In this document: in pieces, positions 24,208-38,597 of the stretch
Layout of the letters: each line of letters opens with the position of its first letter
Numbering within the stretch: position 1 is the first letter of the stretch
Source of the DNA: Mobula hypostoma
Lineage: Eukaryota
Reading direction: 5' to 3'
Assembly: GCF_963921235.1 (NCBI RefSeq)
Contig: NC_086108.1
Location: forward strand, 62,126,001 to 62,186,000
Length of the DNA stretch: 60,000 bases
Notes under the pieces: model-generated
What the model saw: the letters and a program-made list of their open reading frames with translations, nothing else
Database searches by the model: none
What the model was told of the DNA's origin: nothing
Made by a program: the position numbers and the translations under genes

Positions 24208-24396
24208 CTGATACTTTGCTTGGGTATCAATGTCCCTTAAAGATGGATTAGGATCAAAAGCAGGGTGTGAATGGTACCATCCAACAATGCTGTATCCTCG
24301 TCCAGCTAGAGCCTCTGATGCTTGGGTTTGTGACACGGGATCCATTTCGCACTGAAGTCCTGTGCTTAGGCTGTTGCATGGCTCTGCAACAAAGAT
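24208..24396 (-). CDS. MYSM1: MYSM1 exon with the JAMM zinc-binding motif
   Basis: tatag|...|gtaca, 189 nt, phase 0/0; [63 protein letters not shown] with intact HxHx7Sx2D. Confidence 0.97.
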
Positions 24397-24589
24397 CTAT
24401 AAACAAGAAAAAATCTGTCACTTTACATAGAGCTTTGTCACAAAATGGTGAAAATAATTTTCCTTTTATCAAAATTATGTGTTTATCACCGCTTTAACAA
24501 TTTTATTTCAATTAACAGTGTAATATTTAGTACCCCTATCCTTATGCCAATTATTAAAACTGAACTGCTGTTATAAAATACTCAGTCAT

Positions 24590-25535
24590 TCAGCATGTAA
24601 ATAGGTCTTGCGGTTCATCTGCTCCATGCTGACCAAGATGCTCATTTACCTAGATTTAAATGTCTTTATTGTACCTGCCTCAACCACTTCCTTTGGTAGC
24701 TCATTCTGTATTATTTGACCAGCCTCTAGCTGAAAAAGTTGCCCCTCAGGTTCCTATTAAATTTCACTCCTCTCACCATAAACCTATGGCCTCTAGTTCT
24801 CAATTCCACAACTCTGGGAAAATGTCTGTGCACATTCACCCTATCTATGCCATTCATGATCTTATACACTTCTATGAGAATACCTCTCATTATTGTTTGC
24901 TCCAATGAAAGAACTCCAAATCTGGCCAATCTGTCTCTGCAAGTCAATCACTTGAGTACCAGCAACATCTTTGTAAATCTTATCTGCACTTTTTCCAGCT
25001 TAATGGCATCTCGCATATAGGAGAGTGACCAAAACTGAACACAATATTTGACCTCATTAACATCTTGTAAAATTGCCACATATTCTATCTTCTATATTCA
25101 GTGCCCTTAGTGATGAAGGCCAATGTGCCCTATTGTGAGACACCTTCACAGAACTAACTTCTTGTACCTCTAGGTCCCCTGTTCTACAACACTCCCCAGG
25201 GCCCAACCATTCACTATGAAGATCAGACCCCAATTTGTCTTCCCATTATGCAACAGCTCACATTTACACAAATTAAACTCCATTTGCTATTCCTTGGCCC
25301 ATTTACCAAGCTGATCAAGATCCCTCTGTAAGTCTTGATAGCCATCTTTACTGCCCACAATATCATCTATTTTAGTGTCATCTGCAAACTTACTAATCGT
25401 ACCTGATACATTCTGAGACAAGTCATTTATACAGATGAGAAATAGCAATGGGTTTAGAACTGACCCATGGGGAACACCCTTACTTATGGGCCTCCAGTCC
25501 AAGAAACAACCTTCCGCCATCACCCTCTGCTTCCT
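24590..25535 (-). mobile_element. CR1 RT C-terminal fragment
   Basis: ORFs with GVPHGSVLNPLLFLICIND, ISKFADDTKI and TRGHRF. Confidence 0.85.
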
Positions 25536-26058
25536 GAGAACACATTAAATTTATGCATGGAACCTTGCAACCACAAAATGTGAGAGAAAGCACATCTGAA
25601 TCTATTTGATCTGAAGGCTGAGAGCATTTAGATGCTTACAGCAACAGAGAAGCAATACTTTGAGAACAGTGAACAAAAGACTGCAAACAAATAGACTTTT
25701 AGAAGATGCAGAGAAATGAATTTAGTGATATAAGGATTTGAAGTTGTGATCAGTTTTATCTAATGGAAGTTAAACCTTTTTCTATAAAATTACAAAAGAT
25801 TATCAATATAAATGCAATTTTTGCAGAACAGCACAACAAAAATCTGGGTTCTCAAGGTAGATCTAAACTGGTTCATGCATAAGTCCTTCAACCACAGACT
25901 AGAGAGCAATCAATACTCACTGAGCCTGAATTCTCCCCTTCTGACTTCATGGGCCAGAACGGAGTAATGCTCAGAATCCATCAGAATACATTTCCAGAAT
26001 TACTCCAAATAGACACTGCTTCCATGCTCATGTTTTACCCAACAGTTAACCTAAATTA

Positions 26059-26472
26059 CACTCAGTGGCCACTTTATTAAGTTCAGGAGTGGAACACATT
26101 GTGGCCTTCTGCTGCTGTAGCCATTTTCTTCTGACCTCTCTCATTAACAAGACATTTTTGCCCACAGAACAGCTGTTCACTGGATTTTTTTTTTGCACCA
26201 TCCTCTATAAACTGTTGTGCGTGAAAATCACAGAAAATCAGCAGTTTCTGAGATACTCAAACCACCCCATCTGGCACTAACAATCATCCATGGTCAAAGT
26301 CACTTAGATTTCGTTTCTTGCCCGTTCTGATGTTTGGTCTAAACAACAACTGAACTTATTGAGCATGCCTGCATGTTTTTATGAGTTGACTTGCTGCCAC
26401 ATGATTGGCTGATTAGACATTGGCATTAATGAGCAGGTGTACCCGTGTACCTAATAGGGTGGCCGCTGAGTG
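26059..26472. mobile_element. Tc1/mariner-type MITE
   Basis: TIR CACTCAGTGGCCACTTTATTAAGT vs the reverse complement of the right end CACTCAGCGGCCACCCTATTAGGT (20/24 match); TA immediately to the left; no transposase ORF. Confidence 0.8.
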
Positions 26473-26721
26473 GATAGCATAATAATTGTTCAGAGATGTA
26501 AGCCACTGCTTTAATGCAAGTGTGTATTAACTTTGTATAAGTTAATAAAACTTTCATCAATAAAGTACCTAGACCTATCACTGACAGTCCCATACACTTT
26601 CATGGAATATTAGATCCCGATATCATGCCTTGGCAATGGGTGGGCTGTGCAGTGGTGTTTGGAGGGGGGGGAGGTAGAAGAAAAGCAGAAACAAATATAA
26701 CTTAATGATGATCTCACTTAC

Positions 26722-26796
26722 CTCTAATATTTTCTTTCCTGAAGAATACCTCCCACCTAATAGGCCAATCACTTCTGCCATGGACACATGGGCATG
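26722..26796 (-). CDS. MYSM1: MYSM1 exon, MPN domain (JAMM Glu region)
   Basis: tttag|...|gtaag, 75 nt, phase 0/0; [25 protein letters not shown]. Confidence 0.95.
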
Positions 26797-27029
26797 CTAA
26801 ATCAAGGTAAGTAACAGTATTACTAACAGACAGAAAATAGCAGTCAAGCATATCAAAATGCACAGAGACTATCTGCATTGTGGAACATTGCGGAAGTATT
26901 GTGCTATCAACTGAAACACTTACATACCACTGCAAGAGGATCTTAAAAATTATTATTTACTGTACAATCTTACTTTCAGAACATTAAAGGTAAAGTTTCT
27001 GGAGCATTAATGGTCTAATGTCAAATTAA

Positions 27030-27757
27030 AATTTAAGTTTAAATTTAATTATCATTGAACCATACATGAATACAGCCAAACAAAACAGTGTTACTCCAGG
27101 GCCAAGGTGTAAAACACAATACCAACAATCATACACAGCACAAGGCACACATACCATATATAAGACAGCAGTAAAATATAGTCACACATAAAAATACAAG
27201 TCCCTAAGTCCAAGAATGTTGTAGCAGTCTGTAGTCGAACACAATACATCTTGTCATCTGCCGAGCAAACACCAGAAGGCAGCACCAACTCCAAAATGTA
27301 CACCGCGCCACACCACCTCCAGCACTCTGGTGGAGCTCACCGACTCCAAAGCCTCCCTCCTGGGTGAATGCAAACAGGTGACACTGCAGCTTGAAGTACA
27401 GTCCTCACTATGACCGAGGCCATGCAGCTTCCTTGCCGTCCGCCACTAAAACAATGAATCGAACTTGCGGCATTCAATATTAACAATATCCAATAGGGTC
27501 TTGTGACACAAGAAAAGTGACTTAGACTGCACACCCCCTTTGCACACACACCCTATGCCTCTCTGACGCAAACAGCAGCACAATCTGCACCAAGTCTCTC
27601 AGTTTCTGCACCAATGAAAAATTTGCTGATGGAGTAGACCTGCAGTACTTAATGTCCAGCAGGAACTTATGATCGTAAAAAATAGGTCTAAAAAAGACAA
27701 TAACGTCTTTGGTTGGCCCTGTAGAAGCCGCTGCATCCAAGTGCACCACTGTCTTAC
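27030..27757 (-). mobile_element. Non-autonomous LINE-tailed (SINE-like) repeat
   Basis: Tail aagtttaaatttaattatcatt...aaaacagtgttactccagg matches the Rex1-type 3' end at ~54715-54800; GC-richer non-coding body. Confidence 0.5.
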
Positions 27758-29151
27758 CGAAAGTCACTCATATGCCACTACATAATAAAAACACTATAAA
27801 CTGCATTACAAATCTGTGCATGAACCACTGGCCAGATTGCTACAGAAAAATTATGGGGACAAAAAGGAAAATAACTTACTTTTTATTAACCAAAGGAGTA
27901 TCTTAAGTTCAATGTTTCTTTAAATGTGAAAAGCCAACCACAAGAGAAGAAAAAACATCTGACATTGCTACAAGGTTGAAACCAAATTATTTCTAAAAGA
28001 CTGACAGAAGATTCAATACAAAAGACCAATGCACAACGTATATTTGAAGGCTGGCATAATACATTGCGCATAGACTAGTCAACCTGGATTTGATTTTGAT
28101 TTATGCTTTCAGGGAGGCTCTGTCTGTTTGTATCATTATCTGCATGACTTTCTTAGTGCACACCTTGTGTCCTTTATCCAAGGTATCAGCCTAAAAGAGA
28201 CACTGACACAGTAAAAGGCGTATCAGCCATTTCAACAAGAACAGCCTGGTATTCATATAGTAAGATAAATTTTCCCAAAATAGGTTACAGGAACATTGTT
28301 AAATTACACCACACAGAATATAAGGACAGATTAACGACAATTTAATATAGCGTTGACAGGCAGAGAATCTTAGGGAAGGATTTTGTTATATGGCACTGAA
28401 GGAGACAATTAGACCTAGAGCAATCCAGTAAGTTCCAGGTTTTTTGTGGATTTTAGTTTGCTTTGAACACACTGTTTCAATATATACATTTGAAGTGTGA
28501 TTACACTAAGTCTTGCTGCTAGAATTAATGCAATATAAAATTTCTGTAAGATCTTCTGGAATAAAGTCATACTACCAGGAAGGGAGCCTAGAAATAACCA
28601 GATTGAATAACTCAATCTACCCACAGCTGGATATTTCTTGAAGCCAGCTTCTCATTCTACAATGTACAAAGGATAATCTGTGTTTTTCATTCATGGACTT
28701 TATATATAAGATTTTTTTTAAAGAAGTATTTTGCGAAGTCAATCACAAAATGAGTTTTCCAGATGGAGCACTGTTCTTTGTATATTTACATGAAACATAA
28801 TCTTCAATTATTACGACATTAGCTCAAGGCATTTCTTTTTCCATTGCTACACAATATAATCACATATTTTAATAATTACAATAGATAAGCTCAAATTCAG
28901 AGCATTCATTTTTTTTGAATAATGTCAGCTTAAAGCATTTCAATGTTCCATCATATATAATTTCAGGATGTTGACATTGTATTATTTCTTTTTTATGGAG
29001 ACCTGTTACATGTATTAGGCACAGATCATGTTATGAGTGTTGTTAATCTGTACAGTACAATTATACTATGTTGCTTAATTCATAAATTGACAATATAAAC
29101 TTGTACATAAAGGATATAAAGGTTTAAAGTGTTTAAAATAGTTGTCCTTAC

Positions 29152-29202
29152 CATATCCATCACGAGCAATGCCTCTGCAGATACCTTCACCTCAAATGGC
29201 TC
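29152..29202 (-). CDS. MYSM1: MYSM1 exon, start of MPN domain
   Basis: tgcag|...|gtaag, 51 nt, phase 0/0; EPFEVKVSAEALLVMDM; preceded by a 96-nt intron. Confidence 0.93.
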
Positions 29203-29298
29203 CTGCAATGAAAAAAAAGATAATGACAAATACACCAGAATTTTACACAAAAGAAATTATTGTCATCTTTAGCTGAAGAAAACAGTTCAAATTCATAC

Positions 29299-29353
29299 CA
29301 GTTTGTCTTCATTGAAGCAGAGACATGGGATCAGCTGGAAAGGATCTAAAGTG
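29299..29353 (-). CDS. MYSM1: MYSM1 exon
   Basis: cttag|...|gtatg, 55 nt, phase 2/0; (S)TLDPFQLIPCLCFNEDKL. Confidence 0.92.
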
Positions 29354-30362
29354 CTAAGGAGAAAATTAGACAGACTTCTGAAGACATGTGTAACAGCAAA
29401 GGGGAAAATCATATTTAAATAAAACAGGATTTGACTAGTACTTTGCATCAGCAAATTTTTTAAGAATTTTGGCTCTCTGTAGATAATTCAATGAGAAAAC
29501 TTATTGGATGATAGTGATTTTACTGAGTGAGAAATGAAATTGTGGAGTATTCATTAAGCTGCTCTCAACTCAATGTGAAATCCAATTAAAATGTGGACAA
29601 CAGTTCACACAACTGTTAATCCAATGTGGTAACTTTAGGGTGCAAATTAGAGTTGGGTTATCATCATGGTAAGAAGGGAAGCCCACACCATTTTCCTTAA
29701 TTTAGAGAAGCAGTTCTACTTCTCTAGCACCACTAATAAAGTAATTCAAGTTTGGGAAAATTTTCCATGCACTACAGAGGTTAAGTGGGCTTTGTGGATG
29801 CTCTGTCCTTTATGTGAAATGACTTTTTTAAATAAGTCTTTTATATACCGTACTTCACTTTGTCCTGATTTGTTTGAATTTTTGAATCTTCTGTTTTATC
29901 AGGCATTCTTTGAATTTCCCATGGAAACATCAGAGAAAGAGGTCATTCAAATCAGTGCTGTTTCATCCATCAGGCAGAGGAATTAAAAAAAATCAATTAT
30001 TTGATGAATTTTACAAGAATTCTGATGGCAACAGAAGAATTTGCTGATAGCAAATCTTCATGCACTTAAGGCAACTGTGTGAAAATATATTTCGATTTCA
30101 GTAAAATTGATTATACAGTGCAACTAGAAATAAAATGTTTCTAAATAGCCCCTGCTACATCAATGAGATGTTCCTAATGTTTCTGAAATACCTGAATTAA
30201 AACCTGGATGTACCCTAATCCTATGTATCTAAATAAGGAACAAAGGCTGGGTTATTTCAAATATTACAATAGGGCTGTCTTGTCAATTTTGTAGTAAAAC
30301 AATTTAAAAGAACAAAGTTTTGGATTGTGTAGCTCTATTTGTAGCTCTTGAAGCTTCCATAC

Positions 30363-30451
30363 CTCTTTGAATGACGCAATGCTCTTGCTGGTTTTGGAGG
30401 CCTGTTCAATACTTCCTTGTGCCTTTTGGCCAGTTCTTCTGCTGTGAGATG
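30363..30451 (-). CDS. MYSM1: MYSM1 exon
   Basis: tttag|...|gtatg, 89 nt, phase 0/2; HLTAEELAKRHKEVLNRPPKPARALRHSK. Confidence 0.9.
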
Positions 30452-31104
30452 CTAAAAATTCATAACAGATCCACTTATTCAAAATATCTATTTATTTCTG
30501 CTGATATTCTAGATTAATAGTGAGAACTGCAAGTACTAATGGCTAACACTAGGGATGTTGGGTGGTAACCCTGGTTATGCTACCAATAAAAATTTCAAAT
30601 GGTCTACTGGGCCTTTTTCTATGAGAAAGAAAATCAAAATGCTAGGGACATTCAGGCCCATGGTTATAACACACCAGCACAGATCAGCATGGCAACATCG
30701 AGGAGATCATGCTTTCTTGGCTGGAAGGACCAAGAGAAAGGCCAGGAGACAACCCAGAGGATCTCATACATGGAGACTGTGAAACTAGAATATGGACAGG
30801 TAATCCATTTCTAATAAACTAATGAAAATTTTTTTTTAAACTACAGATGCTGGAAGCACCAAATGCTGGAAACACTTAGCAGGCAGCTTCGGAACTGAAC
30901 GAGTCTTCAGTCTGTAAGATCAGCTCCTGCCTTGTTGAGTGTTTTCAGCATTTTCTGTTTTAACTCACAATATTGTCAGGAACTCATCACTTTTGTGCAA
31001 GTCCAACAAAGTTCCAGCAGCTCAGCATCATCCAGAACAAAACAATCTGCTTGATCAGAACCTCAATGAATACCTAAGAAGTTCACTCCCCGCTCCACAA
31101 CATA

Positions 31105-31315
31105 TCATTTCCCTATCACCTCCAGCTTGTCCCCGTTCTCCTTCCCCACCTTTTTATTTGATATCTTCCATCTTCCTTTCCAGTCCTGATGAAAGGGCTC
31201 AGGCAGTAACATTGACTATTTATTCATTTCCATAGATGGTGCCTGACCTGCTGAGTTCCCCCAACATTTTGTGCGAGTTGCTCTGGATTTTCAGCATCTG
31301 CAAAACCTTTTGTGC
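31105..31315 (+). mobile_element. PLE 3' tail with a degenerate hammerhead
   Basis: cagtcCTGATGAaagggctcaggcaGTAAcattgact...gatggtgcctgacctgctgagttcc...cagcatctgca. Confidence 0.7.
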
Positions 31316-31429
31316 GTACCAGTTACAAGACGCTTTATAAACCACCTTGCAGGCATTCTTTGACACACACCGCAATCTGTAATTTTCCCTCCAAGTGACA
31401 ACAGAATACTTTTATACTGTATACTTTGT

Positions 31430-32345
31430 TGTTGCCAAACAATTGGTACTAGAACGTACAATCATCACAGCGATATTCGATTCTGCGCTTCACACTCCCT
31501 GGATTACAAATATTAAATATTAAAAATACAAACGGTTTGTAGTTAAAATTAGTAAATATTAAAAAATTAAATTATAAATCATAAATAGAAAATAGAAAAA
31601 TGGGAAGTAAGGTAGTGCAAAAAAACTGAGAGGCAGGTCAGAATCAGAATCAAAAACAGGTTTACTATTACCGCTTATGTTGTGAAATTTGCTGTTTTGT
31701 GGCAACAGTACATTACATTATACAAACGTTTGTAATAAAAAATATATAAATTACAACAAGAAATATATATTAAAAATAAATTAAGTAAGTAATGCAAAAA
31801 AAGTGAAAAAAATAGTGAGGTGGTGTTCATAGGATCATCGTCCATTCAGAAATCTGATCGTGGGTGAGGGGGGAGGGGAAGGGGAAGAAGCTGTTCCTGA
31901 AACATTGTATGTGTCTTCAAGCTCTTGTTCCTCCTCCCTGATGGCAGCAATGACAACAGGGCATGTGATAGGGGTCCTTAATGATGGATATTGCCCTTTA
32001 GAGACATTGTCTTTTGAAGGTGTCCCTGATGCTGGGGAGGCTAGGGCTCGTGAAGGAGCTGGCTGAGCTTACAGCTTTCTGTAGCTTTTTCTGATCAGAT
32101 GGTGATGCAACCAATTAGAATGCTCTCCAAGGAACACCCACAGAAATTTGCAAGTGTCTTTAGTGGCATACCAAATCTCCTGAAGCTCCCGTTGCACCTT
32201 CTTTGTAGTTGCATTAATATGTTAGAGACAGGATAAATCTTTGGAGATGATGACCCCCAGGAACTAGAAACTGCTCACTCTTTCCCCTATTGATTCCTTG
32301 GTGAGGAGTGGTGTGTGTTCCCTTGACTTCCCCTTCCTGAAGTCC
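31430..32345 (-). mobile_element. Adjacent LINE 3' fragments (Rex1/Babar-type from ~31640)
   Basis: agaatcagaatc tail followed by the reverse complement of a Rex1-type RT C-terminus (gatgcaaccaattagaatgctctcc, gaaactgctcactct). Confidence 0.7.
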
Positions 32346-32505
32346 TGAAGTTCAACATTGTGGGCCGAAGGGCCTGTACTGTGCTGTACTATTCTATGTT
32401 CTATGTATTTTGTAAGGTTAATGTAGTAGTCTGTAAATAGCAGGTGAATACAAAAATGTACAACTCCAGTTGCAAAATATATTAATAGTATAAGAGTATT
32501 AATCA

Positions 32506-32658
<153 letters not shown>

Positions 32659-32707
32659 TTAATAGTAATTTGTAAAAATCTCTGAAATACTTGGCAATAG
32701 TCTCAGG

Positions 32708-33892
32708 TCAAAAGGCTTTTGACAAGGTCCCACACAGGAGATTAGTGTGAAAACTTAAAGCACATGGTATTGGGGGTAAGGTATTGATGTGGGTAGAGAA
32801 TTGGTTGGCAGACAGGAAGCAAAGAGTGGGAATAAACGGGACCTTTTCAGAATGGCAGGCAGTGACTAGTGGGGTACCGCAAGGCTCAGTGCTGGGACCC
32901 CAGTTGTTTACAATATATATTGATGACTTTGACGAGGAAATTAAATGCAGCATCTCCAAGTTTGCGGATGACACGAAGCTGGGCGGCAGTGTTAGCTGTG
33001 AAGAGGATGCTAAAAGGATGCAGGGTGACTTGGATAGGTTAGGTGAGTGGGCAAATTCATGGCAGATGCAATTTAATATGGATAAATGTGAGGTTATCCA
33101 CTTTGGTGGCAAGAACAGGAAAACAGATTATTATCTGAATAGTGGCCGATTAGGCAAAGGGGAGGTGCAACGAGACCTGGGTGTCACTATACACCAGTCA
33201 TTGAAAGTGGGCATGCAGGTACAGCAGGCGGTGAAAAAGGCGAATGGTATGCTGGCATTCATAGCAAGAAGATTCGAGTACAGGAGCAGGGAGGTACTAC
33301 TGCAGTTGTACAATGCCTTGATGAGACCACACCTGGAGTATTGTGTGCAGTTTTGGTCCCCTAATCTGAGGAAAGATATTCTTGCCATAGAGGGAGTACA
33401 AAGAAGGTTCACCAGATTGATTCCTGGGATGGCAGGACTTTCATATGATGAAAGACTGGATCGACTAGGCTTATACTCTCTGGAATTTAGAAGATTGAGG
33501 GGGGGATCTTATTGAAACGTATAAAATTCTAAAGGGATTGGACAGGCTAGATGCAGGAAGACTGTTCCCGATGTTGGGGAAGTCCAGAACGAGGGGTCAC
33601 AGTTTGAGGATAAAGGGGAAGCCTTTCAGGACCAAGATGAGGAAAAACTTCTTCACACAGAGAGTGGTGAATCTGTGGAATTCTCTGCCGCAGGAAACAG
33701 TTGAGGCCAGTTCATTGGCTACATTTAAGAGGGAGCTAGATATGGCCCTTGTGGCTAAAGGGATCAGGGGGTATGGTGGGAAGGCAGGTACAGGGTTCTG
33801 AGTTGGATGATCAGCCATGATCATACTGAATGGCAATGCAGGCTCAAAGGGCCGAATGGCCTATTCCTGCACCAATTTTCTATGTTTCTATG
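32708..33892 (+). mobile_element. 5'-truncated CR1 (RT C-terminal half), relatively young
   Basis: ORF 32784..33515 has GVPQGSVLGPQLF, SKFADDTKL and RPHLEYCVQFWSP; tail ttctatgtttctatg. Confidence 0.95.
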
Positions 33893-34965
33893 AAAAGTGC
33901 ATATTTTCCCAGAATCAGTATTTTAATCTCCATAGAAGACTGTCCTTTTTAACAAAAATAATAAATCTGTCTGAAGGACAAACCCTCATAAATGTTACCA
34001 AAAATACAGCATATACAGCCAATCAGGTAGTTTTGCACAAGGTGGAATTTGAAAAAAAAAACATAATCAGGCAGAAAAAGAATACACTAAAGGAGCTGGG
34101 CTAACTAACACTAAGTAAACAGATCATTACCTGTTAGAAAGTACCCTAAAACACGGGGGTTAGGTCTTTTTATCATTGTGACACTAGTTAAGAAACAACA
34201 GTTATGTCTAATCTAAAACAGATATTTCTTTGAAAACTGTTGGTTAACTGATGACAGTTTGGGGCTGCAATAGTAAAGACGAAAAAAACAGGTTGTGGTT
34301 ATTTATAATGGGTTTAATAGATAACTTTTTATTGAAATGAAAGTTATGACTTCTCAAAATTATGAAAAGTTTTGCAACAGTAAATAATGAACCTTTTCTC
34401 CCCACCAATTGGAAAATCAGTTTCGCATGGAAAAATATAAAATGGAGTAATTTTCGAGGAGAAACACAAGATTTAGAGCTTAAATATATCAGATTTCTGA
34501 ACTGAATACTTAAAAATATTTTGAAACAGAAGAATGTAAATGAGGTAGAAAGAATATAAATATAACTGGAAACAGAGAGAGTATTGGCTTCAGAATAGAG
34601 AACTTGAATGGTATTTAGCATTCTTCTACATCAAATTTAAGATTAAATACAGGCTTGGTCAAAATAATTACAGATCGGTTGGAACGCAACTCAAGTTGAA
34701 ACTTTTAAAGCACCAGTGCAGCAAGGACCCTACTTAGACATGACAAATCTAACTAGCCGTGAATTATATTTAATAGTCCGTACTTTTCCTAGGTTACTAG
34801 GTGATTCTAGTTTAACGCTGAATTAGGAAGTATTATGAGAGATGGCTTGTACAGCGCATAATTCTGTGATCTAAAAAGATATGATAAGCTAATTTTACTT
34901 CATCAATGTTGGTGTGAAAGGCTGCAATAATGTGGTAGTTCAATTGCTATCTATATCCTACTCAC

Positions 34966-35072
34966 CATTGATTGTAATCTCTGAGCAAGCACATATGTCT
35001 GTACACTGTCCTTCCCCTCTTCTCTATTGCGGGTTCGATCCGCAGGTCTTGGTCGATTATACACTGCTTGTT
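34966..35072 (-). CDS. MYSM1: MYSM1 exon
   Basis: aatag|...|gtgag, 107 nt, phase 1/0; (E)[35 protein letters not shown]. Confidence 0.92.
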
Positions 35073-37167
35073 CTATTAAAAGAAAAAGGACTAAGTAATT
35101 TTACTAAAACCTATCAACCATATATTGTAGTATTAAAATGCTTACTTCAGATTTTGATTTATGTGGAATTTCAATGCCAATGTCATTGGAATGATTAAAT
35201 AGCAGATCACCAGAGTTTTATTTAATGTAGTGGAGCATTAGTCAGCTATGAAAAGTCCTATTTCTGGTGATACTTCTGTCACTGTTATTGTAATGACCAT
35301 TTAAAAATCAATATATGCTGATAATACGGTTCATCAACATGCTTCAGTATCAAAAAGCAGCTGTTAAAATGTCAAGATACCAGATGCAACTTTCAAACTT
35401 GACACTTTGATGTGGGATAAAACAAAGAATAAATAATAATATTTAACTGGCAGAATTAGAATGTAAAATTACCAAACCTCTAGTTTAAGATATATTTCCT
35501 ATCCTATAGAATAACAGATATGTTAAAATAACATTCTACAAAACCTGTTAATGGCAATTATTATGTTTAGTCAGTTTAACTGATAGTAAAATAGTTACAG
35601 GATTGAGGATTAAGAGGACCATGGTGTTCAAACTGCATGTAGAACAGGGTAATTCCTGAGCTGCTGGAATAAGAAAGGAGACAGACAGATGGTAATAGCT
35701 GATAATACAGCAGGAAAAAGTGAAAGCCTGTCACAAAACTAGTTTAAATTATACTGAAGAGAAGTGTCTGATTTACACAACAAACAAAATTACATGGGCA
35801 CTTTATTTTGTGCATGAATTAAGTGTTGAGAGAAACTCTGAAAGCATGAACCAGACTTGTTAGAAAGCAGGGCTTTGTAATCCTATTAACGAACAGTAGC
35901 CATCGTTGGTGCTGCCAAACTTTGGGTTTGTATTTCCCAATTTGAGTAAAGTACACTGGGTTTACTGAGGGCATCAAAGACAAAGAGCTGACAAGCAAGC
36001 CTACTCATTATTTGATTGTGCAAAAACTGAGTAACCATTTTTGCATTGACAGTTAATATGTGTGAAAAAGCATCATTGTTCCTGGTATGGAGGTAGCATC
36101 TTGACAGATGCTCCTCAAATCTAATTCCAGTATTTTCTATTTTCTTCTGCTGTTTCTTATTTTTAATCAGCCTTTTGCTTTATCTCCAACGTAGCCCAAT
36201 TCTTGGCATTTTATGTGCTGTGCACAACTACAGCACACCATTCCTGAACAGTTCAGCCCTTTGTAGGAATATGTCAAAAATGGAGTTATAGCACCACCCA
36301 AAGGAAAGTTTAGACACAGTTGCAATAAAACCCAGACAAAAGAATTACCTTGGATGAATTTAACTTGCCAGTGTGGAGTGAGAGACTCCAGAGTTAAGGA
36401 AATCCACAAGTTAGTGTGAGGCTCAATTAATGGCTTTGTAATAGTGTTATTTCTCTGTTTCCGGGCAACCTGCTTGACTGGGTGCAATAATAACTTGCAC
36501 GCATCAATTTAACTCTAGCATTTAAATTGACAGCAGAACACAGCAGAGAGATTACAAAGGGCCAGTGAACAAACAATCCTACTCTATTTAATGATATGCT
36601 TTGTGGGATGCCATAACTGGGAAGCCTGAGGTTGCAAAGAGACAGTTTTATCTGCAGACTGGAAGGAGAGGGTCCAATACCCGAGTGAATGGCAAGGGTA
36701 TAATCCCATTTGCCTGGATTCTAGACTGAACATAATCTCACTACCACTTCCGCTTAAGAAAGGTAATCACATTAGAATATTCATCCCACATTCCATTTGT
36801 ACATGCAGTAGCAATATGTGACCACAGGAGATCAAACCTAATAGCCATTCAATAAAAGAAATGAATGCCACCAATCCATACTGTATATAACACTGTCTTG
36901 AAGTCAGCACTGTGTAAAAATAATCATGCAAATAATAACCCAAAACATTCTTATCTTGAAAACTCTAATGTACCAGACATGCACATGATGACAAGAAATG
37001 AACCTCAGGGGAGATCATTTGTGCCAAGGATGTATCCCCAGACGACTCATACAGACAATCTACCATCTCAGAAAACCTTTCTTCACTGGGGCTGTTTACA
37101 AAGATTTTCACCCGATAACTTGCACATTGTAAGTGTAGGTAGGGCAATCTATCACAAGGCTCACTTC

Positions 37168-38597
37168 ATTCTGGCATGGTCCCGGAGGACTGGAAGATTG
37201 CAAATGTCAATCCACTCTTTAAAAAGGGAGGAAGGCAAAAGAAAGGAAATCATAAGCCAGTTAGCTTAACCTCAGTGGCTGGGAAAGTGTTAGAGTCTAT
37301 TATTAAGGATGAGGTTTTGAGGTACTTGGAGACTAATGACAAAGTAAGTCAAAGTCAGCATGGTTTCTGTAAAGGGAAATATTGCCTGATAAATCTGTTA
37401 AGCAGAGGATGTCATTTACCTGGATTTTCAGAAGGCGCTTGATAAGGTGCCACACACGAGGCTGCTTAACAAGATAAAATCCTACGGTCTTAACGGAAAG
37501 ATACTGGAATGGATAGCGGAATGGCTGACAGGCAGGAGGAAGTGAATGGGAATAAAAGGGGCCTTTTCTGGCTGGCTGCCGGTGACTAGTGGTGATCCTC
37601 AGGGGTCAGTATTGGGACCGCTGCTTTTCATATTGTTTGTCAATGATTTCGATAATGGAATTGATGGCTTTGTGGCAAAGTTTGCGGATGATATGAAGAT
37701 AGGTGGAGGAGTGGGTAGTGCTAAGGAAGCAGTGTGATTGCAGTAGGACAGAAAAATTGGAAGAATGGGCAAAAAAGTGGCAGATGGAATACAGTACTGG
37801 GAAATGTATGATAATACATTTTGGTAAAAGGAACAATAGTGTAGACTATTATCTAAATAGAGAGAATTTCAAATATCAGAAGTGCAGAGGGACTTAGGAG
37901 TCTTCATGCAAGATCCCCACAAGGTTAATTTACAGGTTGGATCTGTGGTAAGGAAGGCAAATGCAATGTTGGCATTTATTTCAAGGGGAATAGAATAAAA
38001 AAAGCAAGGAAATAATGCTGAGCCTTTATAAGACACTAAGTCAGACCGCACTTAAGAGTGTTGTCAACAGTCATGGGCCCCATATCTCAGAAAGTATGTG
38101 TTGTCATTGGAGAGAGTCCAGAAGAGGTTCATGAGGATGATTCTGGGAATGAAGGAGTTAACAGCATTTAGTAGCTTTGGGCCTGTACTCACCAGAATTT
38201 AGAAAAATGTGGGGGGGTCTCATTGAAAACTACCAAATGTTGAAAGGACCAGATAGGGTGGATGTGGAAAGGATGTTTCCTATGGTGGGGCTATCCAGAA
38301 CTAGAGGGCACAGCCTCAAAATTGAGGGGCAACCCTTTAGAACAGAGGTAAGGAGGAATTTTTTTAGCCAGAGAGCAGCAAGTCAGTGGAATGCACTGCC
38401 ACAGACTGTGGTGGAGGTCAAGTCTGTGGGTATACTTAAGAGGGAACTTGATCGTTTCCTGATCAATCAGGGCATATGGAAAGAAGGCAGGTGTATGGTG
38501 TTGTGGGATCCGGGATTAACCACGATGGAATGGCTGAGCAAAGTTGATGGGATAAATGGCCTAACTCTGCTCCTAAGTTTTATGGTCTTATGGCTCT
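37168..38597 (+). mobile_element. 5'-truncated, decayed CR1
   Basis: PEDWKIANVNPLFKKG, QGSVLGPLLF and KFADDMK; tail tttatggtcttatgg. Confidence 0.92.
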
